Both the position numbers and the translations under genes were made by a program. Shown one piece after another: positions 49,999 through 60,000 of a stretch of DNA of 64,000 nt. The notes beneath the pieces are model-generated. The model was not told the DNA's origin, did no database searches, and was given only the letters and a program-made list of their open reading frames with translations. Every line of letters starts with the position of its first letter. Positions within the stretch are counted from its first letter, which is position 1. The DNA is from an uncultured Pelagibacteraceae bacterium (GTDB taxonomy: Bacteria > Pseudomonadota > Alphaproteobacteria > Pelagibacterales > Pelagibacteraceae), in assembly GCA_902614905.1 (NCBI GenBank), contig CACMMN010000001.1:32827-96826 (forward strand), read 5' to 3'.

Positions 49999-52093
49999 AT
50001 TTAAAATCTAAAATATTATTCCCTGGTGAATATTTAATACTTTTATATGTGTTCATCAATTTTTCTATAGCAACTAAATCACCATTAATTCTAGCGGTCC
50101 AAAAAATATCATAATTATCTATATAATTTAACCAACCTTCATTATTTGAGTAAAACTCAATACTAATTTTATTATTTTCAAAACTTGTAATTTTGTATTC
50201 AATATTATTTAAACTTTCAAAATTTTTTACATGCTCTATAAAACTAACTGGATCTCTAAAATTAATATTTTCTGAAAAAAAGATCCTTCTATTGCTTGTA
50301 TTTAGTCCATAAAATTCATAGACAAGATCTTTTTCATAATCTGCAATTTCTTTTAAATCGCCATTTTTTCTAAAGTAATCCCAAAAGATTTCGTTGTGGA
50401 ATTTATTACCCCAGTTTAAAAAATTATTAACTGAAAAAGTATTATCTCTAAAATAGTTATTACCATGTACTTGACTACTACTTCTGGGTTTTATTAAGTT
50501 TTTTCTTAAATTATCAATAGCTGAATACTCAAAATTTGTATTTTTGGTTTTCCATTCTTTTAAACTCCATTGAATATTTGAATTTAGAAATTGCTCACTA
50601 ACCACACTTAAAAATATAAAAACAAAAATAAAGCTATTAAGATAAATTAAATTTATTTTTCTTGAAAAAAAATAAACAACATTAATTATTAGTATTGTTA
50701 TGATTGTGGCAATTATATTAATTCTACCATCCCCAAACATCACCAATTTATTTAATGGGTAACTCAAATAATTTTCAGCAAAAATAAACCTCTTTTCATG
50801 CCAAGTATTCCAGTATGGATCGACTACATTATTTGAATAAAACCAAAGTTGTAAACTTAAAATTAAAATAAGAATTAAATTAGAAAAAAATAATATTTTT
50901 TTTAAATTAATCTTTTGCAAGCTGATATTTCTTATTTCATTTAGAAAAAAGTTTAAACTCAATAAACTCAATATTGAAATAATTGGAACTAAAAGAATAT
51001 TAATTCTTGGCCATGTTCTCATATTTTGAATGAAATCTACATGACTCCAAATAAAAGTAAAAATAATAGAGTCTTTTGATGATGCGAGTGACGTAATTAC
51101 TAAAAAAGATAATAAGGCGAATATAAATATCTTTTTTTCAAAAATATCAGTTTTATTTAAATTAGATAAAAAATAAAATAAATATCGAATAACTAAAAAA
51201 GATAGAATTATTCCAAAATAGTATCTTCCTTCAGTATTAGAAATTATTGGATAGAACCAAGATCCAAGAACATCTAAAAAATTAAAACTATGAGCGGTTG
51301 CATAGTCAAAATCATATAAATTTCTATCTTGTGTCAACTCAAGGGTTTTTGAAACACCATAAAACCAGGGTAAAGATATTAATAGAGATATAAAACTTGG
51401 AAAAAATATTTTTAAACTAAAATTAATTATTCTTTTAAAATTAAGATCTTTTGCAAATAAAATGAACAAGACATAAAAACAGACAAAAACAAAAATATAT
51501 ATAATAAAGTAAGGGTATCCTGCTGTGAAAATAAATAAAGTAGAGAAGAATATTAATAAACTAGACTTAAAAATATTTTTATTACCAGCACTGTAATTAA
51601 TACCTAATAATAAATAAGGTAGCCAACATATAGTATGTATAGCATTTGGAAACCTCAAAAAATTTGAAAATATTAAAATTGTGGGTACAAGAAGAGTAAT
51701 TAATATAATATTTTTTTTTGAAAAATAATTAAAACTTTTTAGCCACTGATATTGACCAACTAAATAAATTGAAATTCCAAAAATTGTATAAATCAAATAA
51801 TCATAAAGGGAGAATGATCCTTTAATTAATGAAATTGAGTATAGAAACCATGATGGTAAATAAAAAAACTGTGCAAAAGGATTATATATTAATGAAAATC
51901 CTGCTCCTTCAACTGGCGACCAAAACGGTAGACGACCATCTTGAATAAACTCAAATATATATTTTTTATAAGAAAAATAAATTAAATCAAAATCATTACC
52001 TATTACAATAAATTCACTTGTCATTGGAAAAAAATAAATAAATGGCCAAATGATTAATAAAAGATAGGCTATAAAAGATTTATTGTTTATCAC
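49979..52093 (-). CDS. Polytopic membrane protein, YfhO-like putative GT-C glycosyltransferase; GTG start
   Basis: GNDF acidic loop after TM1, GRLPFWSP..GAG, many TM helices, C-terminal WTARING...PGNN..F.YEP motif. Confidence 0.7.
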   Translation of the reverse strand: MINNKSFIAYLLLIIWPFIYFFPMTSEFIVIGNDFDLIYFSYKKYIFEFIQDGRLPFWSPVEGAGFSLIYNPFAQFFYLPSWFLYSISLIKGSFSLYDYLIYTIFGISIYLVGQYQWLKSFNYFSKKNIILITLLVPTILIFSNFLRFPNAIHTICWLPYLLLGINYSAGNKNIFKSSLLIFFSTLFIFTAGYPYFIIYIFVFVCFYVLFILFAKDLNFKRIINFSLKIFFPSFISLLISLPWFYGVSKTLELTQDRNLYDFDYATAHSFNFLDVLGSWFYPIISNTEGRYYFGIILSFLVIRYLFYFLSNLNKTDIFEKKIFIFALLSFLVITSLASSKDSIIFTFIWSHVDFIQNMRTWPRINILLVPIISILSLLSLNFFLNEIRNISLQKINLKKILFFSNLILILILSLQLWFYSNNVVDPYWNTWHEKRFIFAENYLSYPLNKLVMFGDGRINIIATIITILIINVVYFFSRKINLIYLNSFIFVFIFLSVVSEQFLNSNIQWSLKEWKTKNTNFEYSAIDNLRKNLIKPRSSSQVHGNNYFRDNTFSVNNFLNWGNKFHNEIFWDYFRKNGDLKEIADYEKDLVYEFYGLNTSNRRIFFSENINFRDPVSFIEHVKNFESLNNIEYKITSFENNKISIEFYSNNEGWLNYIDNYDIFWTARINGDLVAIEKLMNTYKSIKYSPGNNILDFKYEPFKY

Positions 52094-52118
52094 TTTTTGA
52101 TTTTAGAAATTTAGTTAC

Positions 52119-53120
52119 TTAAATCCATTTTGGGAAAGGTAAGCCTTTATCTTGCAGAAATTTTTTATTAAATAATTTTGAGCTATATTTATCGGATCTG
52201 TCACAAAGAATTGTCACAATAGTTTTTCCAGGCCCTAATTTTTTACCTAATTTAATTGCACCAGTAACATTGATTGCACAACTTGTTCCTAGGCTTAATC
52301 CTTCATTTTGAATTAAATCATATAATACAGGCAAAGCTTCTTTATCATCTATGCTAAATGCACCATCTATTTTGGCTTTTGCAAAGTTAGCAGTCACTCG
52401 ACTTGATCCTATTCCTTCAGTGATCGAGCTTCCAGAAGATTTTAGTTCTCCATTTTCAATATGGTTATAAAGAGATGAACCACCAGGATCTGCTAAAAAA
52501 ATTTTAATATCTTTATTTTTTTCTTTAAGATAACTACTTACTCCAGCAATAGTACCGCCAGTACCAGATGAACAAACAAAACCATCAACTTTACCTTCAG
52601 TTTGCTTCCAAATTTCTGGACCTGTTGTTTCATAATGTCCTTTTGAGTTAGCCGTGTTATCAAACTGATTAGCCCAAACCACTCCATGATTGTTAGAACT
52701 TTTTAAATCATCAGCGAGTTTTGCTGCAACTTTAACAAAATTTCCGTCATCCTTATATGGTTTTGGTGGTACTAATCTTAAATCAGCACCCATATTTCTT
52801 AACATATCTTTTTTCTCTTGTGTTTGATCTTCGTTCATAACAATAATTGTTTTATATCCAATAGAGTTACCAATTAAACATAATCCAATACCTGTATTAC
52901 CAGCAGTTCCTTCAACAATTGTCCCGCCTTTTGATATTAATTTTTTTTCTTCAGCATCTCTAATTAATGCAAGTGCAGCTCTGTCTTTAACAGAACCCCC
53001 GGGATTTAAGTATTCTGCTTTACCATAAATATTACATCCAGTTATCTCAGATGCAGCTCTCAGTTTTACTAGAGGAGTATTTCCAATACCTTCAATGAAA
53101 TTATTTTGAGGTTTGTTCAT
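52119..53120 (-). CDS. cysK: Cysteine synthase (O-acetylserine sulfhydrylase)
   Basis: IGNTPL, KAEYLNPGGSVKDR, TAGNTG, GTGGT. Confidence 0.92.
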   Translation of the reverse strand: MNKPQNNFIEGIGNTPLVKLRAASEITGCNIYGKAEYLNPGGSVKDRAALALIRDAEEKKLISKGGTIVEGTAGNTGIGLCLIGNSIGYKTIIVMNEDQTQEKKDMLRNMGADLRLVPPKPYKDDGNFVKVAAKLADDLKSSNNHGVVWANQFDNTANSKGHYETTGPEIWKQTEGKVDGFVCSSGTGGTIAGVSSYLKEKNKDIKIFLADPGGSSLYNHIENGELKSSGSSITEGIGSSRVTANFAKAKIDGAFSIDDKEALPVLYDLIQNEGLSLGTSCAINVTGAIKLGKKLGPGKTIVTILCDRSDKYSSKLFNKKFLQDKGLPFPKWI

Positions 53121-53702
53121 TTAATTTTTATCACTATCTTGTGTAATTCCATATGGTTTAAAGTTTTCATCTTGTGTAGAAACTTCACCAACATTTTTTG
53201 CTGGTATTCCAACCATTACAGAATTTTCATCAACATCTTTAGTAACAACAGCATTAGCTCCAATTTTTGCGTTTTTACCAACAACCACTGGCCCTAATAT
53301 CTGAGCACCTGATCCTACAACAACATTATCCATTAATGTTGGATGTCTTTTTGTATTTCTTTGTTCATTTGAATTTATACTTGGAGAAATTCCACCAAGA
53401 GTTACCATATGATAAATGGTTACATTGTCTCCAATTTCAGAAGTCTCACCTATAACAACCCCCATACCATGATCTATAAATAAATTTTTTCCAATCTTTG
53501 CATTAGGATGAATTTCTATTCCTGTTAAAAATCTAGAAAATTGAGAAATTATTCTTGCAACTAAATTAAATTTTGCAATAGCAAAAAAATTTGCAATTCG
53601 ATGAAAGAAAACAGCCTTTGCTCCAGGATAAGTTAATATAACACTTAACTTTGATTTAGCAGCTGGATCTCTTTTAATTATAGAATCTAAAAATTCATTC
53701 AT
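53121..53702 (-). CDS. cysE: Serine O-acetyltransferase
   Basis: RDPAA, GIEIHP, FIDHGMG, KRHPT and hexapeptide repeats. Confidence 0.95.
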   Translation of the reverse strand: MNEFLDSIIKRDPAAKSKLSVILTYPGAKAVFFHRIANFFAIAKFNLVARIISQFSRFLTGIEIHPNAKIGKNLFIDHGMGVVIGETSEIGDNVTIYHMVTLGGISPSINSNEQRNTKRHPTLMDNVVVGSGAQILGPVVVGKNAKIGANAVVTKDVDENSVMVGIPAKNVGEVSTQDENFKPYGITQDSDKN

Positions 53703-53717
53703 GTTGTTTACAGTTTT

Positions 53718-54416
53718 TTATGCTTTAACTTGATTTAAAGTTAAACCCTTTAGATTAGCTGGAACAGCTACATCCATCATTTTAGGGTTAGCAAGTTTAA
53801 GGTTATTCATTATTTCTACGTATTGGTCAACAGAATTAACTTGTAACCTTGGATTATTTTTTCTCTCTGAACCAATTGTAGAATGTTTTTTGCCATTATA
53901 GTCGTGCGCAGGAAATACCATCGTATTTTCTGGCAATTTTAATAATTTGTTAAATATAGATTCGTATTGTTGTCTAGCATTGCCGTTTTGAAAATCAGTT
54001 CTTCCAGTTCCATTTATTAAAAGTGTGTCACCTGTAAAAACTCTATCGTTCATTAAATAACTGTAAGAACAATCTGTATGTCCAGGCGTGTACATTACTT
54101 TTAAATTAATATTATCAATTTTTACGTTTTCATCTTCCTTAACTCTTAAATCAACAACCTCAGACTTTGAATTTTCACCCATAATTTTTGTGCAACTTGT
54201 TCTTTCACTTAATTCGTTTAAACCAGTTATGTGATCCGCATGAATATGTGTATCTATAACTTTTACTAATTTTAATTCTAAATTATTTAAAAAATTTATG
54301 TATTGATCTGTGTGTTCTAAAACTGGATCTATGATTAAAGCTTCTCTACCTTTGCCGCTTGATAATATGTACGTATAGGTTGAAGACTTAGTATCAAATA
54401 ATTGCTCAAATATCAT
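53718..54416 (-). CDS. Persulfide (sulfur) dioxygenase, ETHE1/Sdo-type metallo-beta-lactamase fold
   Basis: MIFEQLFD..SSTYTY, IDPV, THIHADHITG, TPGHT, GRTDFQ, PAHDY, NPRL, AVPANL; start re-called to 54416. Confidence 0.85.
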   Translation of the reverse strand: MIFEQLFDTKSSTYTYILSSGKGREALIIDPVLEHTDQYINFLNNLELKLVKVIDTHIHADHITGLNELSERTSCTKIMGENSKSEVVDLRVKEDENVKIDNINLKVMYTPGHTDCSYSYLMNDRVFTGDTLLINGTGRTDFQNGNARQQYESIFNKLLKLPENTMVFPAHDYNGKKHSTIGSERKNNPRLQVNSVDQYVEIMNNLKLANPKMMDVAVPANLKGLTLNQVKA

Positions 54417-54491
54417 ATTAATGATCACTTTATAAAAAATTGCATAGCAAATCAATCTTGCATATAATTTGTTTATAAAAAGGAGAGGTAA

Positions 54492-55154
54492 ATGACTTTA
54501 AAAATAAATAGCTTAGCACCTGACTTTAAGGCTAAAACAACTATTGGTGATATATCATTTCACGAGTGGCTAGGAGACAGTTGGGGTGTTTTATTTTCAC
54601 ATCCAAAAGATTTTACTCCAGTTTGTACAACTGAACTTGGATCTTTAGCTAGAATGAAACCTGAGTTTGATAAAAGAAATGTCAAAGTTATTGGTTTAAG
54701 TGTGGATCCAGTTGCAGATCACGTTAAATGGCTGGACGACATTAAAGATGTAACAGGAATGAAACCTGATTATCCAATAATTGCAGATGAGGATCTAAAA
54801 ATTGCAAAACTTTATAATATGTTAGAGGGTGATGCAGGAACCACTTCAATGGGTAGAACTGCAGTTGATAACCAAACAGTTAGAACAGTTTTTATTATTA
54901 GACCAGATAAAAGAATTGGTTTGTTCTTAACTTATCCAATGGCAACTGGAAGAAATTTTATGGAATTATTGAGATCGATCGACTCAATGCAATTAACTGC
55001 AAAACATAAAGTAGCAACACCAGCAGATTGGAAAAAAGGTGAAGAGGTTATTATTGTTCCAGCAGTTAAGGATGATGAAGCTAAGAAATTGTTTCCTGAT
55101 GGCTGGAATGCAGTTAAACCTTATTTAAGAAAAGTACCAGATCCATCGAAGTAG
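54492..55154 (+). CDS. 1-Cys peroxiredoxin (Prx6)
   Basis: FSHPKDFTPVCTTE, YP..TGRN, ATPADW; SD AGGAG. Confidence 0.95.
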   Translation: MTLKINSLAPDFKAKTTIGDISFHEWLGDSWGVLFSHPKDFTPVCTTELGSLARMKPEFDKRNVKVIGLSVDPVADHVKWLDDIKDVTGMKPDYPIIADEDLKIAKLYNMLEGDAGTTSMGRTAVDNQTVRTVFIIRPDKRIGLFLTYPMATGRNFMELLRSIDSMQLTAKHKVATPADWKKGEEVIIVPAVKDDEAKKLFPDGWNAVKPYLRKVPDPSK

Positions 55155-55155
55155 T

Positions 55156-55809
55156 TTGGACAATAAGATTTTAATCGAACAATCTCAGCATTGGGAAAAA
55201 AGTTTCTCAAGTAAGCCTGAGATGTTTGGTTCTGAACCAAGTCACTCTGCAAAAATTGCTTTAGAAAAATTTAAAAAAAATAACGTAAAACACATCATTG
55301 AACTTGGTGCAGGACTAGGACGTGATACAATTTTTTTTGCTAAAAATTCTATTAAAGTAACTGCTTTAGATTACAGCCCAACTGCAGTTGAAATAATTAA
55401 AAATAAGTCAAACAGTTTAGGTTTAGGTGATTTGATTGAAGTTCAAACACATAACTTAAGAGAAAAATTAAATTTTACAGATAATAGTTTTGAAGGTTGT
55501 TATTCACATATGCTTTATTGTATGGCTTTTACATATTCTGATTTAGAAAATTTGAATAATGAAGTCTGCAGAGTTATTAATAAAAATTCATTAAATATTT
55601 ATACAGTTAGAAATCATTCAGATGCAGATTATAAAAAGGGCACATGTCGAGGTGAAGATTTATATGAAATGAATGGATATATTGTTCACTATTTTTCACA
55701 TGAAAAAATTAAAAAATTATTAAAAGGATTTAAAAATTTAAGTATTGATCATTTTGATGAAGGAAGTTTTCCTAGAAAATTATCATTAGTTATTAATCAA
55801 AAAATTTAG
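55156..55809 (+). CDS. Class I SAM-dependent methyltransferase; TTG start
   Basis: ELGAGLGRD, ALDYS. Confidence 0.85.
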   Translation: MDNKILIEQSQHWEKSFSSKPEMFGSEPSHSAKIALEKFKKNNVKHIIELGAGLGRDTIFFAKNSIKVTALDYSPTAVEIIKNKSNSLGLGDLIEVQTHNLREKLNFTDNSFEGCYSHMLYCMAFTYSDLENLNNEVCRVINKNSLNIYTVRNHSDADYKKGTCRGEDLYEMNGYIVHYFSHEKIKKLLKGFKNLSIDHFDEGSFPRKLSLVINQKI

Positions 55810-55810
55810 A

Positions 55811-56425
55811 ATGGAATACTTATTAATTGGTTTTTTTACTGGTCTAAGTTTAATTTTAGCACTTGGAGCGCAAAATGTATTTGTAATAGAGCAGGGTTTA
55901 AAGAGACAATATATTTTTTTAGTATGCTTAATTTGCTCAATTTCTGATTATTTATTAATATTTTTAGGTATTATTCTATTTGAATATTTCCAAAGTTACT
56001 TTAACCAAATAATTGAACTTATATTAAATATTCTATTATTATTATTTTTATTACATTTTATTTATTCTAAAATAAAATTAAGTTTTTCAAATGTTGATTT
56101 TTCAACAAATAAAACTAACGAAACTTTTAAAAGTATTTTCTTAAAGACCTTGGGCTTTACTTATTTAAATCCGCACGTTTACTCGGATACAGTTTTTTTT
56201 TTAGGAAATTTCTCTAAAAATTTTGCTTTAATTAACAAAATATATTTTGGATTAGGTGCTACGATATCTTCTTTTTTATTTTTTTTTACTATTGGTTATT
56301 TAGCAAATTATTTGTCTAAATATTTAAATAATAAAAGAACTTGGTTTTATATAAACATATTAGTCATTCTTTTTATGACTGTCTTGTCTTTATATGTTTT
56401 AAATACTATTCTTGATTTCTATTGA
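55811..56425 (+). CDS. LysE/ArgO-family exporter
   Basis: ILALGAQNVFVIEQGL, TYLNPHVYSDT. Confidence 0.9.
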   Translation: MEYLLIGFFTGLSLILALGAQNVFVIEQGLKRQYIFLVCLICSISDYLLIFLGIILFEYFQSYFNQIIELILNILLLLFLLHFIYSKIKLSFSNVDFSTNKTNETFKSIFLKTLGFTYLNPHVYSDTVFFLGNFSKNFALINKIYFGLGATISSFLFFFTIGYLANYLSKYLNNKRTWFYINILVILFMTVLSLYVLNTILDFY

Positions 56426-56492
56426 TATAGAACACTTTTAAACGTCAATTTAGACCCATTGGTTTTTAAAAAAAAATAACTAAATAAGTAGT

Positions 56493-57155
56493 ATGAACAA
56501 TTTAGAAAAACATTACATGCCAAATAACTTTAGCGATAAAGTTGCTTTAGGCTTTACTAAGTTTTTAAGATTTCTAGCCGATACTTTTTTTAAGAAAAGA
56601 TACGGCCATAGAGCAGTTGTTTTAGAAACAGTTGCTGCAGTACCTGGAATGGTAGCTGGAATGCTAATTCACTTAAAATCATTAAGAAAAATGGAAGATG
56701 ATAAAGGGTGGATTAAAATTCTTTTAGATGAAGCAGAAAATGAAAGAATGCATTTAATGACTTTTATTCATGTTGCAAAGCCAACATGGCTAGAAAGAGT
56801 TATTATTTTGATGGCTCAATTTATTTTTATTGTTACATACGCTATCATTTATTTAGTATCTCAAAGAACTGCTCACAGAATTGTTGGATATTTTGAAGAA
56901 GAAGCTGTTAGAAGTTACACTGAATATTTACACGAATTAGAAACCGGCAAAATAAAAGATGAGCCAGCTCCAGAAGTTGCAATAAATTATTGGAACCTAC
57001 CTTTGCATGCTACATTAAAAGATGTAGTGAGAGTTATACGAGATGATGAAGCTGGACACCGTGATGTAAACCACAGTTTTGCAAACATCATTAACGAAAA
57101 AAAATACCCTAAAAAAGAAGAAAATATTAGTTCTAAAGATTTAAGTAGAGAATAA
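56493..57155 (+). CDS. aox: Alternative oxidase (ubiquinol:O2 oxidoreductase, di-iron)
   Basis: LETVAAVPGM, EAENERMHL, YFEEEAVRSY, DEAGHR iron-ligand motifs. Confidence 0.96.
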   Translation: MNNLEKHYMPNNFSDKVALGFTKFLRFLADTFFKKRYGHRAVVLETVAAVPGMVAGMLIHLKSLRKMEDDKGWIKILLDEAENERMHLMTFIHVAKPTWLERVIILMAQFIFIVTYAIIYLVSQRTAHRIVGYFEEEAVRSYTEYLHELETGKIKDEPAPEVAINYWNLPLHATLKDVVRVIRDDEAGHRDVNHSFANIINEKKYPKKEENISSKDLSRE

Positions 57156-57192
57156 ATCCTATTTTTATATATTCATAAATTAAAAATTATTT

Positions 57193-57846
57193 ATGGAAAA
57201 CAATATAATTGTACTTAGACCTTTTGGACCATCTATTGCAAAAGTGACAATGCCTAATGAAATTGTTGAAAAATTAAATAAATATGTAGACGAAACGATT
57301 GCTAATGAAAGTAAGTCAAAAGAACTTGATTACGGAGCTAATTTAGCAGGAAATGTTAAACAAGAGTTTAGGCTCGAGCAAAAATTTATCGATGAGTGCG
57401 GGTGGGGACAATTTTTAGCAAACTCTGCTGCAACATGGATATACCAATCTCTTGGAAGACAAAAAAAAATTACTAAATTTAATTTGATAAGCTCATGGAT
57501 AGTAAGACAATTTGATAACGAGTATAATCCTTTACATGTTCATGGTGGACACATTTCTGGTGTTGGTTATCTCAAAGTCCCAAAGACATTTGGAAAATTA
57601 AAACAAGATAATAAGGCTTATAACAACAATGGAAATCTTAACCTCGTTCATGGATCAAGAATGTTTTTAAGTAAATCTATTTATAATATTGAACCAAAAG
57701 TAGGTGACTTTTATTTTTTTCCAAACTACTTAATGCATACAGTTTATCCATTCAATGGCACAGATGAAGAAAGAAGATCTATATCTTTTAATGCACTTAT
57801 AGATAATGATATTTATGATGTTTATAGCGCTGGGGTAAAACCTTAA
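57193..57846 (+). CDS. Putative 2OG-Fe(II) oxygenase (TIGR02466-like)
   Basis: SW, EYNPLHVH, ISGVGYL, FFPNYLMHTVYPF, RRSISFN. Confidence 0.82.
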   Translation: MENNIIVLRPFGPSIAKVTMPNEIVEKLNKYVDETIANESKSKELDYGANLAGNVKQEFRLEQKFIDECGWGQFLANSAATWIYQSLGRQKKITKFNLISSWIVRQFDNEYNPLHVHGGHISGVGYLKVPKTFGKLKQDNKAYNNNGNLNLVHGSRMFLSKSIYNIEPKVGDFYFFPNYLMHTVYPFNGTDEERRSISFNALIDNDIYDVYSAGVKP

Positions 57847-57874
57847 TTATTAATTTGAAATTTCACAAACTACT

Positions 57875-59998
57875 ATGAATAGGGCAATAAAAATATTTTA
57901 TCTAATTTTATTATTTCTAAGCACATTTCATTTTAAATCTATAGCGGAGCCAACCTTTGTACAAAGTAAATCGATTGCTTCGGCCTTTTATTTAGGACTT
58001 AACTTTAATAATGATGGTACAAAAATGTATACTGTAAGAAGTGGAGGAACAACGGATGCAGTTATCGAATATATATTAACTATCGCATATGACATTTCAA
58101 CGGCAACCGTAAATAATACTAAAATAGTACATAGAAGTGGAGGTAATGGTTCTCATGTACCTTCACAAGTAGTGTTCAATAACGATGGAACAAAAATGTT
58201 TATTGTTAACCATGCCGGTGTAAAGACAATAGATTACTGGTCACTAAGTACTGCATTTGATATTTCGACTGCTACATTTGATGATGAGTATGATATTTCT
58301 GGTCAAGAAATAAGAGCAAATTCAATTGCATTTAATGATGATGGTACCAGAATGGTTGTTGCTGGTGTAGGAAATGATTCACAAGTGCGTATTCATGAAT
58401 ATTCACTAAGCACAGGATTTGATCTTAGCTCCACAGTTACTCATCTTAATACTGAAGACCTAATTTCTTTTCAAAATCACATAGATGGAGTTACTTTTAA
58501 TTACGATGGTACTAAAATGTATACCATTACACATATGAATAAAGATGGAACAGAAGCACAAGATTTGATGTCTCAGTTTAAATTAACTACACCTTATGAT
58601 GTTTCTACTTTATCACTTGAAGGCACCTATACTGTAAGTTCTGTTAGTGGAGATTCAAGAGAAGTTGTGTTTAGTAATGATGGAAGTAAAATGTTTATCA
58701 TTGATGATGATAATGATAAAGTTCATGAATTTAACCTAAGTTGTAATTGGAGCGTAATTGATGGTGCTTGTGATGATCCAATAACAACTTCTGATGGGGG
58801 TAAAGATATTTTAAGCTCAATCGAGTCTCAAACTGCAACAGCAAAACAAATTGCTATTCAGGCAAGCACTCCAGTTCTTAACCGTATGTATTGGTTAAGA
58901 AGACACAGAACAAGCGATCAATTAAGTAATCAAAAAATTAAATTTAACTTTCCAAATAAAACAATAGCATCTCTAGCAAAAGTTTTTCCAATAGCTGAAA
59001 AATCAAATAATACTTTAAACAAATTGTCTGACAGCTGGTCATTTTGGAGTGAGGGCAGTGTGAGCTTTGGAAGGACTGGTGACACATCTTCTTCAGCATC
59101 AAAAGATATAAATAGCACTGGTATAACCATTGGAATGGACAAAAAAATTAGTGAAAATAAATTATATGGCTACGCCCTTAGGTTTGGCAATGATGAAGTT
59201 GATATAGGATCATCTGGGACTAATTTAGATACAGAATCTTTTAGTTTATCACTTTATGGAACTTTTCCTCATAATGAAGAAAGATTTACAGAAAGTATTA
59301 TTGGAATAAGTACTTTAAAAACTGATCATGTAAGAGTAGGCGGGGGAAATAGAAGAACTGGTGAGAGAGATGGGGCGCAAGTTTTTGGATCAATTAATTA
59401 TGTTACTAAATATAAAAAAAATAATTTTGTTATAGATCCTAATATTAGAATTGATTTGAGTTACACAGAATTATCCAAATATCGTGAAAAAGGAGTTGCT
59501 GCACTAGTATACAATAAACAAACTGTTGAAACTGGCATGGTATCCACAGGGTTTACAATAAGTGATATTTTAGATTTTGATACTTTTACTTTTAAATCTT
59601 ATGGTGGCTTAGAACTTGGTTTAGATTTTAGCCCATCGTCAGATGCTACATATCGTTATCTCTCTGAAACTACAGAATTCACAAAAGCAATAGATCAAGA
59701 TTCTAAAAATTTAAGAGCGAATATTGGATTTGATTTAATAAATGAAAACGGTTTATCAATAATGACTATTTATGAAAGAAATCAGAGTGATAATTCTCAT
59801 AGTGATACTTTATATTTTGGTTTGGGCTATGTGCCATCAGATGACATTGAATATGCAATGAACTTAGATAATAATAAAGCTTATTTAAGCTACAATAGAA
59901 ATTTAAAAGGTTTTGATATCAGGGTGAATTCAAATTATGATTTAATGAGTTCAATTCCTGATTATGGTGCAACTATTGAGCTTGTTAGTACTTTTTAA
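57875..59998 (+). CDS. Autotransporter-type outer-membrane protein with a repeat (beta-propeller-like) passenger
   Basis: Signal peptide; five F(N/S)xDG(T/S)(K/R)M repeats; WSFWSEG...GITIGMDK...YGYALRFG barrel; terminal Phe. Confidence 0.82.
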   Translation: MNRAIKIFYLILLFLSTFHFKSIAEPTFVQSKSIASAFYLGLNFNNDGTKMYTVRSGGTTDAVIEYILTIAYDISTATVNNTKIVHRSGGNGSHVPSQVVFNNDGTKMFIVNHAGVKTIDYWSLSTAFDISTATFDDEYDISGQEIRANSIAFNDDGTRMVVAGVGNDSQVRIHEYSLSTGFDLSSTVTHLNTEDLISFQNHIDGVTFNYDGTKMYTITHMNKDGTEAQDLMSQFKLTTPYDVSTLSLEGTYTVSSVSGDSREVVFSNDGSKMFIIDDDNDKVHEFNLSCNWSVIDGACDDPITTSDGGKDILSSIESQTATAKQIAIQASTPVLNRMYWLRRHRTSDQLSNQKIKFNFPNKTIASLAKVFPIAEKSNNTLNKLSDSWSFWSEGSVSFGRTGDTSSSASKDINSTGITIGMDKKISENKLYGYALRFGNDEVDIGSSGTNLDTESFSLSLYGTFPHNEERFTESIIGISTLKTDHVRVGGGNRRTGERDGAQVFGSINYVTKYKKNNFVIDPNIRIDLSYTELSKYREKGVAALVYNKQTVETGMVSTGFTISDILDFDTFTFKSYGGLELGLDFSPSSDATYRYLSETTEFTKAIDQDSKNLRANIGFDLINENGLSIMTIYERNQSDNSHSDTLYFGLGYVPSDDIEYAMNLDNNKAYLSYNRNLKGFDIRVNSNYDLMSSIPDYGATIELVSTF

Positions 59999-60000
59999 AA

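Noticed and set aside
45286-59998. Prophage or integrative element
   Set aside because: No integrase, terminase, capsid, transposase, tRNA or att repeats seen; only scattered phage-associated families
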